The translations under genes were made by a program, and so were the position numbers. DNA of 64,000 nt, from positions 800,001 through 864,000 of the forward strand of contig CAWBAN010000001.1 in assembly GCA_963786935.1 (NCBI GenBank). Reading direction: 5' to 3'. Shown piece after piece: positions 22,694 to 30,952 of the stretch. Below the pieces are notes generated by a model. The model was not told the origin of the DNA, searched no databases, and saw only the letters and a program-made list of their open reading frames with translations. The number at the start of each line of letters is the position of its first letter. The stretch's first letter is position 1. This DNA is from an uncultured bacterium. Lineage in GTDB: Bacteria > Krumholzibacteriota > Krumholzibacteriia > Krumholzibacteriales > Krumholzibacteriaceae.

Positions 22694-22815
22694 AGGCCGT
22701 GGCCGATTCATTGGTTAACATAATATATATTATACGCCATATTCTGGATTCCTGATTTTCCCCCTGATTCAACTCGATCGTCCGTCCCTCTCGATTCCAT
22801 GAGCCCCTTCAGGCC

Positions 22816-22850
22816 AAAAAAATACCCGGGATCTCTCTATCCCGGGTATT
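22816..22850 (-). terminator. Rho-independent terminator of the 22878-23441 gene
   Basis: Perfect 12-bp stem AATACCCGGGAT/ATCCCGGGTATT followed by a U-run on the minus strand. Confidence 0.88.
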
Positions 22851-22877
22851 CGTCGATTCGAATTGCGCGCGAGCGTT

Positions 22878-23441
22878 CTATCGGTACAGTTCCTTGATCG
22901 CGCCCCAGCTCGTTTCGGTCACGCCGGGGTTACAGCTGCCGTTGTAGACGAACATGCCGCCGAGAACCTCTCGCATCGGCCAGACGCCGGGAACGCATTC
23001 CGTTATCAATATTGCCGGAGGCTGAGCGTTCGGATCCGGCTTTACATTGATGGTGAAGGGGCCGCCGAATCCCAAATACATGAGGGAAATGGCCCCGATG
23101 TAGACGATCGGCTCGTTCGTGCCGAGGCACTGCGAAGCGGTCAGCGAGATGCCGGTTGTCGGATCGCCGAGCGTGACCTGGATCTGGGAGTTCCATTCAT
23201 AACCGAGAAACACGACGAGCCCGCCCGACGTCTCCTCGAGCAGGAACTCGACCGCGTTTCCGAGATCCGGTCCGGCGTCACGAACGTAATACATCCGGAT
23301 CGTATCGGACTCATAGGACGTGATCGGGCTGCTGCACACCGTGATCGTCTGGTCGGTGTACAGCGAGAGGGCTCCGGTGTGGGCGAAGGCCGATCCGCAC
23401 AGAAGCGCCACGAACAATGCACTCATTGCCAGTTTCCTCAT
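22878..23441 (-). CDS. Secreted protein with C-terminal TETSWGAIKELYR motif
   Basis: AGGAGG RBS, signal peptide ending AFA, beta-rich body with Cys residues, own terminator. Confidence 0.85.
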   Translation of the reverse strand: MRKLAMSALFVALLCGSAFAHTGALSLYTDQTITVCSSPITSYESDTIRMYYVRDAGPDLGNAVEFLLEETSGGLVVFLGYEWNSQIQVTLGDPTTGISLTASQCLGTNEPIVYIGAISLMYLGFGGPFTINVKPDPNAQPPAILITECVPGVWPMREVLGGMFVYNGSCNPGVTETSWGAIKELYR

Positions 23442-23559
23442 TACGTCTCCTCCTTGTTCATCCTTCCTCGAAATTTCCGTTTCTACCCTTCTATAGCAAG
23501 AACCTCTTCATCGCTTGTGCGAAGACTAAGTTCTGGGCCAAAAATATGTCAAGATAAAA

Positions 23560-23976
23560 TTAACCCTCCTGCCAATGAAATCCCGGCACCTTTTCCCGAT
23601 GCGCTCCGAGGAAGGGCATCCTCCAATCCTCGCCGAAGAGCGCCTTGATGAAGCCGGCGAGAGACAGTATGAGCGCCGCGAGCGCCGCGACCAGATCGAA
23701 GAGGCCGACCGCGATCAGGCCGGCGAACTTGATTTTCCCGACCGTACCGGCCAAAATGGCCGCCGCGGCCACCGCCGCGCACTCCGCGACGAACAGCAGC
23801 ACTGCCTGCGAAGCGTGCGCACGGATGAACGGATCCCGCTTCGCGCGCCACAGAGAGAAGAAACACATGAACGCGAGATAAGCGACCGCCGCGATCCATC
23901 GGGAGGCCTCGGAGGGCTTCACGGCGGGCTCCGCTCCTCGTTCCTCCGCTGCCCTCTCCCCCGCGTTCAGTTCCAT
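23560..23976 (-). CDS. DUF4870-like membrane protein
   Basis: AAVAYL...DPFIRAHASQA...WRMPFLG pattern, three hydrophobic segments. Confidence 0.75.
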   Translation of the reverse strand: MELNAGERAAEERGAEPAVKPSEASRWIAAVAYLAFMCFFSLWRAKRDPFIRAHASQAVLLFVAECAAVAAAAILAGTVGKIKFAGLIAVGLFDLVAALAALILSLAGFIKALFGEDWRMPFLGAHREKVPGFHWQEG

Positions 23977-24016
23977 GATCGAAACGCCCTCATGACGATC
24001 CCCGCGCGCGGGGATC

Positions 24017-24685
24017 TCATCCGCGGAGCACCGCGATCTCGATCTCGATGTCGCGGCGTTCCGTTCCGGTCGTCTTGTCGAGAAGCGTCGATAAAATCTC
24101 GATCGCCTTTTCCGTCTGGTTGCCGAGCCGGTAATTCTCGGCCGCGCGCTTGAGGTATTCGGATTCCATGAAGCTGTTCGTTTTCAATTTATTCGTCAAA
24201 TCGACGTACGCGTCCGCCGCCTCGACGTAGCGCCGCTCGTTCTCCAGCGCGACCGCCTTGCCTTCGAGCGCGGCGTCATGGAAGAACGGATGTCGCCCGC
24301 CCTTCGCCATATACCGGTCGAATGCCTGGATCGCGTCCAGATACTTGCCGTTCTCGAGGTTGCACTTGCCCAGGAAGTAGCTCGCGTAGATCCCTTCCTC
24401 CGTGCCGCCGTATTCCTTCGACACGAACGAGAAGAGCTCCTCTGCCGTCTTGATGTCGCCGGTTCTGAACGAGGTGAGCGCGTCGGCGAATTGGCTCGAC
24501 GCCTTCTCCTTGCTCTGTCTCTTCGCGTAGCCCGCCCACACGGTCACGGCGACGGCGACGACGATCACGACGAGGCCGGTGAAGAACCATTTCTCATGGC
24601 CGCGAACGTATTCCCATGCCTTCATGGTCGTCGCGATGAACGTATCCTCTTTCAGCTGCCTTTTGGTAATGCGTGCCGATGACAA
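24017..24685 (-). CDS. Membrane-anchored TPR protein (YfgM-like)
   Basis: LKED.F N-terminus, single TM, helical TPR repeats; AAGGAGG before TTG. Confidence 0.8.
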   Translation of the reverse strand: MSSARITKRQLKEDTFIATTMKAWEYVRGHEKWFFTGLVVIVVAVAVTVWAGYAKRQSKEKASSQFADALTSFRTGDIKTAEELFSFVSKEYGGTEEGIYASYFLGKCNLENGKYLDAIQAFDRYMAKGGRHPFFHDAALEGKAVALENERRYVEAADAYVDLTNKLKTNSFMESEYLKRAAENYRLGNQTEKAIEILSTLLDKTTGTERRDIEIEIAVLRG

Positions 24686-24833
24686 AGCCGGTACCTCCTT
24701 GCTCTGATATGTAAATAACACTCGATCTGCCCGATTATCAAGCGAAATCCCGTGTAATCAATAAATAATTTGACATCATCGGCTTCCGTTTGCGAAGCTC
24801 GACCCGGTTTCCATTCCGCAAAGGAAGGCGGTA

Positions 24834-27305
24834 GTGAACAGGGTCCCGCTGATCGCCATCGTCGTTCTCGCCGTGGCCATCGCGCTCCTCGGCTCCTGGG
24901 GCTTTCGGGACTTCGCGCAATCCCCCTATACGGGCATTCAGCATTACAATTTCGTGATTCGGGCGATCGAGGAGTCGAGCCCGAACCGCGCCCTCGACCT
25001 CAAGCCCGGAGACCGGATTCTCGCGGTGAACGGCGTCGAACCGCGGAATCTGAACCACTATGCGAGCCTCGTCTCTTCGGCTCGCGGCACGGAGCCGCTC
25101 CCCTACACGATCGCGCGGGGGGATTCCGTCTTCGTCGTCGGCGTGCGCCGCGTGGCGCAGCCGCCCGGCCACGTGTCGGGGAAGTTCTCGCTCCTCGTCG
25201 TCGGCTTCACCTTCATCATCGCCGGGCTCGCCGTGTTCACGAAGCGCTCCGACATTCTCGGGACCCTGTTCTCGGTGAACTGCCTCATGTTCGCCTTCCT
25301 CATGACGGAGCGGCCGATCACGAGGGCCCCGATCGTTCACATCGGCGGGGAGCTCGTCTACGACTTCCTCTTCATCTTCCTGCCCGCGTTTTTCCTCCAT
25401 TTCTTCCTGCTCTTTCCGGGGCGGGACATCGAGCGCGGCACGCGGAGACGGCGGATGCTCGAGCTGCTCTATCTCCCCCCGGCCGTCCTCTCGCTCTCGA
25501 CCTTTGTCCTCGCCCTGTGGCGCTACTCCGGCGGCGCGCGTCTCGGAGCCGTCATCGGCATCCTCAACGCGCTCACGGTCATCTACTGGCTCGTCTACGT
25601 CGTCGCGAGCCTCGCCGTGTTCATCAGGACGTACGCCGTGACGGAAAAGGCGCGGCGCCAGAAATTCGGCATCGTGATCGTCGGCGTGGCCCTCGGCGTC
25701 GTGCCGATCACCATTCTCATGATGATCAAGCAGTTTCTCCCGACGGGAACCGTGCCAGTGCGGTATCTCTGGTCGTTCTTCCTCTCCTTCATGCCGATTT
25801 CGTTCGCGTACGCGATCCTGAAGCACAACGCGCTCGATCTCGGCGTCGTTCTGCGGAAGACCATCGCGTACATCATCCTTCTCGTATTCCTCATCGCCCT
25901 CTACTACGCCTTCGTCACCGCGCTCGAGCAGCAGATGAAGCGCCTCTTCGGCGCGCAGGCTTCGTTCGTGACCGGGGCCGCGATCATTCTCGTGGCGCTC
26001 GCGATGGTGCCGGCGCGGAGCGGCATCCAGCGGATCGTCGATCGGGCGTTTTACCAGACGAGGAAGGCTTTCAAGGACGACGTGATATCGTTCTCGCGTC
26101 AGATTCAGTACCTGCTGTCCGTCGAGGAGATCGCGGCGTTCGTCACGGCGCAGATGACCGCCGCGTTTCGCGCCGGGCACGCGCATCTCTTTCTTCGCGA
26201 GGAATCGGGCAACTTCACGCTCCGGGCGAGCGCGCCGCCGGAGAAGCGGCTCGCGCTCACGTCGCTCCCCCCGGGAACGGACCTCATCGCGCTCCTGCGC
26301 GATGAACGGCTCCCGATCATGCTCGAGTGTTTCGACCGGCTCTGGATAAAGAGCAACTTCGACGGAATATCGCGCGAGCTCGTCTCGCTCTCGCGCGCGT
26401 CGGTCGCCGTGCCGCTCATGGAGCAGCGCGAGCTCCTCGGTTTCGTTCTCGCGGGCCCGAAGGTGTCGGGAAAGCCGTACAGCCGCTCGGACAGCGAGAT
26501 CTTCGAGCTCCTCGGCGAGCGGAGCGCCGTGGCGCTCATGAACGTCAGGCTCTGCAGGGACTCGATCGAAAAGGAGAAGCTCGAGGAGGAGCTCCGCCTC
26601 GCGAGCGAGATCCAGCGCCGGCTGCTGCCGGCATCCCCTCCCCCGCTCGCCTGCTCGTCGCTCATGGGCGGGATCCGCACGAGCAGGGAGGTCGGCGGGG
26701 ATTTCTACGATTACCTCGATCTCGGCGGCGGGAAAATCGGAATCGCGGTCACGGACGTCTCGGGGAAAGGCATCCCCGCCGCGCTTCTCATGACCACGAT
26801 CCAGGCATCGCTCCGCGCCGACGCTCCGAAATCCGAAAGCCCCGCGGCGGTGATCACGAAGCTCAACGCGTCGTTGTACGAACGGAGCGACGTGGAGAAA
26901 TTCGCGACGGTCTTCTACGCCCTGTACGACGACGCGGCGGGAATCATCCGGTACACGAACGCGGGATCCTATCCGGCGTTCGTCATCTCCCCCGACGGCC
27001 GGATCAACCGGCTTCAGCGCGGGGGCATCCTGATCGGCGTCGAGCCGGGGAGCACGTACGAAGAAGGCGTGCTCAAATTGAAGAGCGGAGACCTCCTCGT
27101 CATCTACACCGACGGTATCATCGATCAGGAAGACCCGCAGGGGGAGCCATACGGCGAGCAGAGGTTGCTTGAATTCATGAGGAATAACGCACGGCTGTCG
27201 ACCGAGAGCATCGTCGAGAAGTTATTTGCCACCTTGCTTGCATTTGGCCAGAACAACTTGAAAGATGATATGACCGTCGTTCTTCTTCGCAGAAATATTG
27301 CATGA
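24834..27305 (+). CDS. PDZ / multi-TM / GAF / SpoIIE (PP2C) serine phosphatase
   Basis: LKPGDRILAVNG PDZ; VGGDFYD, DVSGKG, YTDG, DDMT. Confidence 0.93.
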   Translation: MNRVPLIAIVVLAVAIALLGSWGFRDFAQSPYTGIQHYNFVIRAIEESSPNRALDLKPGDRILAVNGVEPRNLNHYASLVSSARGTEPLPYTIARGDSVFVVGVRRVAQPPGHVSGKFSLLVVGFTFIIAGLAVFTKRSDILGTLFSVNCLMFAFLMTERPITRAPIVHIGGELVYDFLFIFLPAFFLHFFLLFPGRDIERGTRRRRMLELLYLPPAVLSLSTFVLALWRYSGGARLGAVIGILNALTVIYWLVYVVASLAVFIRTYAVTEKARRQKFGIVIVGVALGVVPITILMMIKQFLPTGTVPVRYLWSFFLSFMPISFAYAILKHNALDLGVVLRKTIAYIILLVFLIALYYAFVTALEQQMKRLFGAQASFVTGAAIILVALAMVPARSGIQRIVDRAFYQTRKAFKDDVISFSRQIQYLLSVEEIAAFVTAQMTAAFRAGHAHLFLREESGNFTLRASAPPEKRLALTSLPPGTDLIALLRDERLPIMLECFDRLWIKSNFDGISRELVSLSRASVAVPLMEQRELLGFVLAGPKVSGKPYSRSDSEIFELLGERSAVALMNVRLCRDSIEKEKLEEELRLASEIQRRLLPASPPPLACSSLMGGIRTSREVGGDFYDYLDLGGGKIGIAVTDVSGKGIPAALLMTTIQASLRADAPKSESPAAVITKLNASLYERSDVEKFATVFYALYDDAAGIIRYTNAGSYPAFVISPDGRINRLQRGGILIGVEPGSTYEEGVLKLKSGDLLVIYTDGIIDQEDPQGEPYGEQRLLEFMRNNARLSTESIVEKLFATLLAFGQNNLKDDMTVVLLRRNIA

Positions 27306-27384
27306 TCGGGCGCCCCCGAATTACTTCGCTATCTCTCTTAAATACAACATATTAAGCAATGGTTCCTCCTGCGAATGCCGGCTC

Positions 27385-27400
27385 AGGCACGGCGTATGCA
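27385..27400 (+). promoter_or_regulatory. sigma-54 promoter for an unannotated small transcript
   Basis: AGGCACGGCGTATGCA, GG-N10-GC; IHF-like ATACAACATATTA at 27342-27354. Confidence 0.65.
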
Positions 27401-27481
27401 CAATGCATATTTTGCAAGGTCCGGGGTTGGGTCGTAGGAAATGTGAAGCTGGCTTCCGTGACCTTTCAGGGGGTGATAACC

Positions 27482-27529
27482 ATGTTAACATGGTGCCTGA
27501 TCATTGACCTCCTGTGGTGGCTGCGCTGA
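27482..27529 (+). CDS. Putative 15-aa hydrophobic micropeptide MLTWCLIIDLLWWLR
   Basis: GGGGGTGA SD-like element 5 nt before ATG; lies between a sigma-54-like promoter and a terminator. Confidence 0.45.
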   Translation: MLTWCLIIDLLWWLR

Positions 27530-27561
27530 GCCGGAAAAGTCGAACCCGGCTCGGAAAAGTG

Positions 27562-27607
27562 AATGTTCCCGTTGATGCTTTCGGTATCACCGGGAACATT
27601 TATTTAT
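27562..27607 (+). terminator. Terminator-like hairpin
   Basis: AATGTTCCCG-t-TGATGC-tttcg-GTATCA-c-CGGGAACATT followed by TATTTAT. Confidence 0.7.
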
Positions 27608-27795
27608 GCGGCCTGCCGGCCGCACTCGCGGTCGATGCGGCTCCCGGGCGTCTCGTTCGGTTCCCGCGCCTTCGGTTCGATGAAGCAACGCAATTTGTCA
27701 CAGAATTGGAATATCTTAATATTACACTTTAGGTGGAATCTTTATATTATTGTTATTGCAAAAGTTGCGGCATGATAAAAAAGCGCACTTTTTCC

Positions 27796-27823
27796 TTGAC
27801 AGCCGGTTCCCATAGCTTATAAT
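27796..27823 (+). promoter_or_regulatory. Consensus sigma-70 promoter
   Basis: TTGACA-N16-TATAAT with an AT-rich upstream region. Confidence 0.85.
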
Positions 27824-27830
27824 CAGCTTC

Positions 27831-27969
27831 AACGAGACAAGGAGTGGACTACGCGGTCGTGATCCGTCTGCTCTCAAGCCAACCTTTGAAGCGAAGCGAT
27901 CTTGCTGCGTTAGGCCTCTGAAGGGCGGTTGAGACACGTCACGCAATGTAGTCGCCTCCCGGTCTCGTT
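27831..27969 (+). ncRNA. Putative rod-shaped non-coding RNA (6S-like or unclassified)
   Basis: Nested complementary segments AACGAGAC/GTCTCGTT, GGAG/CTCC, GACTAC/GTAGTC, CGTGA/TCACG, TCTCAA/TTGAGA, CCTTT/GAAGG; own promoter and terminator. Confidence 0.7.
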
Positions 27970-27971
27970 AG

Positions 27972-28023
27972 AAAAAAAAGGGAATTGCTCCTCACGCATA
28001 GCGAAGGACAATTCCCTTTATTT
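27972..28023. terminator. Bidirectional terminator between the ncRNA and tRNA-Arg
   Basis: A8-GGGAATTG.TCCT...AGGACAATTCCC-TTTATTT. Confidence 0.8.
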
Positions 28024-28025
28024 AT

Positions 28026-28102
28026 TGGTGCCCCCGAGACGATTCGAACGTCCGACAAACGGTTTAGGAAACCGCTGCTCTATCCATCTGAGCTACGGGG
28101 GC
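28026..28102 (-). tRNA. tRNA-Arg(CCT)
   Basis: Reverse complement GCCCCCG...GCGGT-TT CCT AA-ACCGT...CGGGGGC-A-CCA. Confidence 0.97.
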
Positions 28103-28164
28103 AAATGCCCGGATGACCCTTAATCTTATCGACCGATGGATGCATTCGCAAATGAAATCGGCGC

Positions 28165-28683
28165 TCAGTACGTCATGAGACGGTGAATCCTGCGGCCCTT
28201 GAGGTTGTCCCTGCCTCTGAGCGCGGAGAGCTCGATGAGGAACACGAGCTCTTCCACGATGCCCCCCTGGCGCTCGATGAGACGAGCGGCCGCGGCGGCC
28301 GTCCCTCCGGTCGCGAGCAAATCGTCGAGGATGAGGATCCGATCCCCCGCCCGTACTGCGTCGAGATGCATCTCGATCGCCGCTTCGCCGTACTCGAGCG
28401 AGTACTTCTCCCGGATCGTCCGCCACGGAAGCTTGCCCGGTTTGCGCAGGGGGATGAAGCCGATTCCCATCTGGTAGGCGAGAACCGACGCGAAGATAAA
28501 GCCGCGCGACTCGACCGCCGCGACCTTGTCGATCGTGAGGCTCCGGCAGTGCTCGTGCAGCTCGTCGCAGAGCGCCCTGAAAGCCCCCGGATCGAGCAGG
28601 GCGGGCGTGATGTCCCTGAAAAGGATGCCGTGCTGCGGAAAATCGGGGATTTCCCTGATGAATCTCTTCAGCGCTTCGCTCAT
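28165..28683 (-). CDS. apt: Adenine phosphoribosyltransferase
   Basis: IPDFP, FRDITP, ESRGF, RKPGKLP, YSLEYG, DDLLATGGT. Confidence 0.97.
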   Translation of the reverse strand: MSEALKRFIREIPDFPQHGILFRDITPALLDPGAFRALCDELHEHCRSLTIDKVAAVESRGFIFASVLAYQMGIGFIPLRKPGKLPWRTIREKYSLEYGEAAIEMHLDAVRAGDRILILDDLLATGGTAAAAARLIERQGGIVEELVFLIELSALRGRDNLKGRRIHRLMTY

Positions 28684-28685
28684 GG

Positions 28686-29555
28686 TCATTCCTTTCGATG
28701 TCCGTGTTTTCGCGAATCTTCTTCTCGATCGTCGGGCGGTTCCTTCGACACGTCGAGCAGAACGCGGAGCTTGCGGAGCGCCCGCATTTCGAGCTGACGC
28801 ACCCGTTCCCGGGAGACGTTGACCGCTTCGCCCGTCTCCGCGAGCGTGTGCGGCTCTCCGTCGTCGAAGCCGTACCTGATCCGCAGCACCAGCTTCTCCC
28901 GGTCCGAGAGCCGCTCCATGATCTCCGCGAAGTTCTCGTTTTCCATCTGCTGGAGAATGATTCGTTCCGGATTGGCGGCCTCCTCCGGCTCGATCGAGCG
29001 GGTGAGCTGCTCGTAGGCGTCGATGCTGCTCGCGAGGTCGAGCGCGCGGATGTTCTCGACGAGCTGCTCGAGCATGCGGTACCGCTTCAGCGAGATCTTG
29101 AGGCGTTTCGCCTTCTCCTCCCGCATCAGCCTTTCGAAGCCCGGCTCCTGCCCGAGGGCGACGTAGCGGGTCATGAGCTGGAAGATATGGATGGGGATGC
29201 GTATCGTCCGGGAGTAGGTCGAAATGGCGCGGACGATCGACTGCCGGATCCACCACGACGCGTACGTGCTGAACCTGAACCCCCGGTCCGGATCGTACTT
29301 CCCCACCGCCTTGATGAGGCCCAGATTGCCCTCCTCGACGAGGTCGAGGAACGGGACCCCGTAGGTCGAGAAGGTCCGCGCGATCGTGATGACGAGCCGG
29401 AGATTGGCGACGATGAGCTTCCTGCGCGCCTCCCCGTCCCCGCCTCTCGCCCGGCGGGCGAGATCGATCTCCTCATCCGGCGAAAGGAGGGGATACCGGT
29501 TGATCTCCCGCAGATAGTGTCGCTGCAGGGCGTCTTCGTCGCGCTTCGGGTCCAT
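28686..29555 (-). CDS. Group 2 sigma-70 factor, RpoS-like
   Basis: ANLRLV, DLVEEGNLGL, FSTYASWWIRQ, SRERVRQ; no region 1.1; surE-pcm-sigma-apt context. Confidence 0.9.
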   Translation of the reverse strand: MDPKRDEDALQRHYLREINRYPLLSPDEEIDLARRARGGDGEARRKLIVANLRLVITIARTFSTYGVPFLDLVEEGNLGLIKAVGKYDPDRGFRFSTYASWWIRQSIVRAISTYSRTIRIPIHIFQLMTRYVALGQEPGFERLMREEKAKRLKISLKRYRMLEQLVENIRALDLASSIDAYEQLTRSIEPEEAANPERIILQQMENENFAEIMERLSDREKLVLRIRYGFDDGEPHTLAETGEAVNVSRERVRQLEMRALRKLRVLLDVSKEPPDDREEDSRKHGHRKE

Positions 29556-29642
29556 GCCCCATTATGGCCTCTGCGAGGCGCCGGAATCAAGCCAAAGGTG
29601 AGATGCGCGGGCGGGGTTTGTGAATGCGGCGCGGGTTGAAAA

Positions 29643-29720
29643 TGGTCGGGGCGAGTGGAGTTGAACCACCGACCTCCTGGTCCCGAACCAGGCGCGCTAA
29701 CCGGGCTGCGCTACGCCCCG
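29643..29720 (-). tRNA. tRNA-Pro(CGG)
   Basis: Reverse complement CGGGGCG...CCTGG-TT CGG GA-CCAGG...CGCCCCG-A-CCA. Confidence 0.97.
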
Positions 29721-29800
29721 ACCTGACCCTAAGAATAACATTCGGAAAGCAATATCTCAAAGGAAATTCTTGCCCGTCCGGCGCGGCTCTCCCCCGCCGA

Positions 29801-30310
29801 TCAACCCCGTCCCCATGTGCCGAGGAAGATGTCGGCTCCGGTAATGACGCCGAGGCAGACGAGCGTCACGAGGGCGCCGGCGATAACGATGCCCCCGAGA
29901 ATCGCCGGGATCGAATGGCGCATCGGTATGCGGAACAGATAGGCGGCGATGCAGCCCGACCATGCGCCCGTCAGGGGGAGCGGCACGCCGACGAACAGCG
30001 AGAGCCCGATCGCTTCGAATTTCTCGATCGAAGCGCTCTTGCTCCGCGTCCGGTTGAAGGTCCAGGTCATGAAGCGGTTGATCCGCGGGTATTTCATGAG
30101 GCGCTCGGTGAAGCGCTCGAGGAAAAAGAGAAAGGGGATCACGGGCACGAAATTCCCGATGATCGACCACAGGAGGGCCTCCTGCCATTTCATGTGCAGG
30201 ACGAACATCGCGTAGGGCATGGAGCCCCTGAGCTCCCCGAGGGGAATCATGGCGACGAGAAAGGTCCAGAGCCGGTGCGACAGCGCCGTCGATAAAAGCA
30301 GGAAATCCAC
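29801..30310 (-). CDS. COG2426 small multi-drug export-like membrane protein
   Basis: MIPLGELRGSMP, FVGVPLPLTGAWSG. Confidence 0.88.
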   Translation of the reverse strand: MDFLLLSTALSHRLWTFLVAMIPLGELRGSMPYAMFVLHMKWQEALLWSIIGNFVPVIPFLFFLERFTERLMKYPRINRFMTWTFNRTRSKSASIEKFEAIGLSLFVGVPLPLTGAWSGCIAAYLFRIPMRHSIPAILGGIVIAGALVTLVCLGVITGADIFLGTWGRG

Positions 30311-30952
30311 CTACCGCTCTCCTTTCAGCAACGGAACGAATGAGCATCGGGCGAGGCGCTGTTCCGTGACGGCGCTCCCCCGCTTCGTGAAGAGGACGAT
30401 GCACTCGGCGCTCTCGCTGATCGGCGCGATGAGCCTGCCGCCGTCGGCGAGCTGCTCGAGGAGCGCGTCGGGGCGCTCCGCCATGGCCGCGGATACGATG
30501 ATGCGGTCGAACGGGGCATAGCTCGTCCAGCCGAGCGAGCCGTCTCCGACCTTGACGCGGATGCTGCCCGTCCGGATCCCCGCCAGCACCCGCTCCGCCT
30601 GTTTGAGGAGGGGCGCGATCCGCTCGATCGAGAACACGTCGTGGGCGAGAAGCGAGAGAATGGCCGTTTGGTATCCCGAGCCCGTCCCGATCTCGAGCAC
30701 GCGGTTCAGCCGCTGCACCTCGAGGGACTGCACCATGAACGCGATCGTGTACGGCTGGGAAATGGTCTGGTCGTAGCCGATGGGGAACGAGCAGTCGTCG
30801 TATGCCCTGCCGCCGAGCGCGGCGTCGACGAAGCGGTGGCGCGGCACGGCGAGGAACGCCGCGAGCAGGCGATCGTCGGCGATCCCTCGCGCGCGGAGCT
30901 GCTCGTTCACCATCCGCCGGCGCGCTATCGCGTAGTGATTTCCGGATTCCAT
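30311..30952 (-). CDS. pcm: Protein-L-isoaspartate O-methyltransferase
   Basis: VPRHRF, QTISQP, LEIGTGSGYQ, FVPL. Confidence 0.96.
   Translation of the reverse strand: MESGNHYAIARRRMVNEQLRARGIADDRLLAAFLAVPRHRFVDAALGGRAYDDCSFPIGYDQTISQPYTIAFMVQSLEVQRLNRVLEIGTGSGYQTAILSLLAHDVFSIERIAPLLKQAERVLAGIRTGSIRVKVGDGSLGWTSYAPFDRIIVSAAMAERPDALLEQLADGGRLIAPISESAECIVLFTKRGSAVTEQRLARCSFVPLLKGER

Noticed and set aside
23490..23545. sigma-54 promoter for the SWGAIK-tailed gene
   Set aside because: Candidates lack either the GG or the GC; TTGACA-N18-TAGTCT suggests sigma-70 instead
27844..27921. 25-codon GTG ORF (MDYAVVIRLLSSQ...) within the rod RNA
   Set aside because: The AAGGAG SD overlaps the GTG, and the next GTG is 14 nt away; the region is extensively base-paired
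27831..27969. SRP RNA, tmRNA or RNase P identity
   Set aside because: No SRP helix-8 motif, no tRNA-like ends or tag reading frame, too short for RNase P
27306..28102. AT-richer region beside tRNA-Arg as a genomic island or att scar
   Set aside because: No duplicated tRNA 3' end and no integrase found; promoters and small transcripts explain the composition
29578..29595. sigma-54 motif TGGCTTGATTCCGGC upstream of the RpoS-like gene
   Set aside because: GG-N10-GC spacing fits but the -12 element (CGGC) is poor; an overlapping sigma-70 match explains the site better
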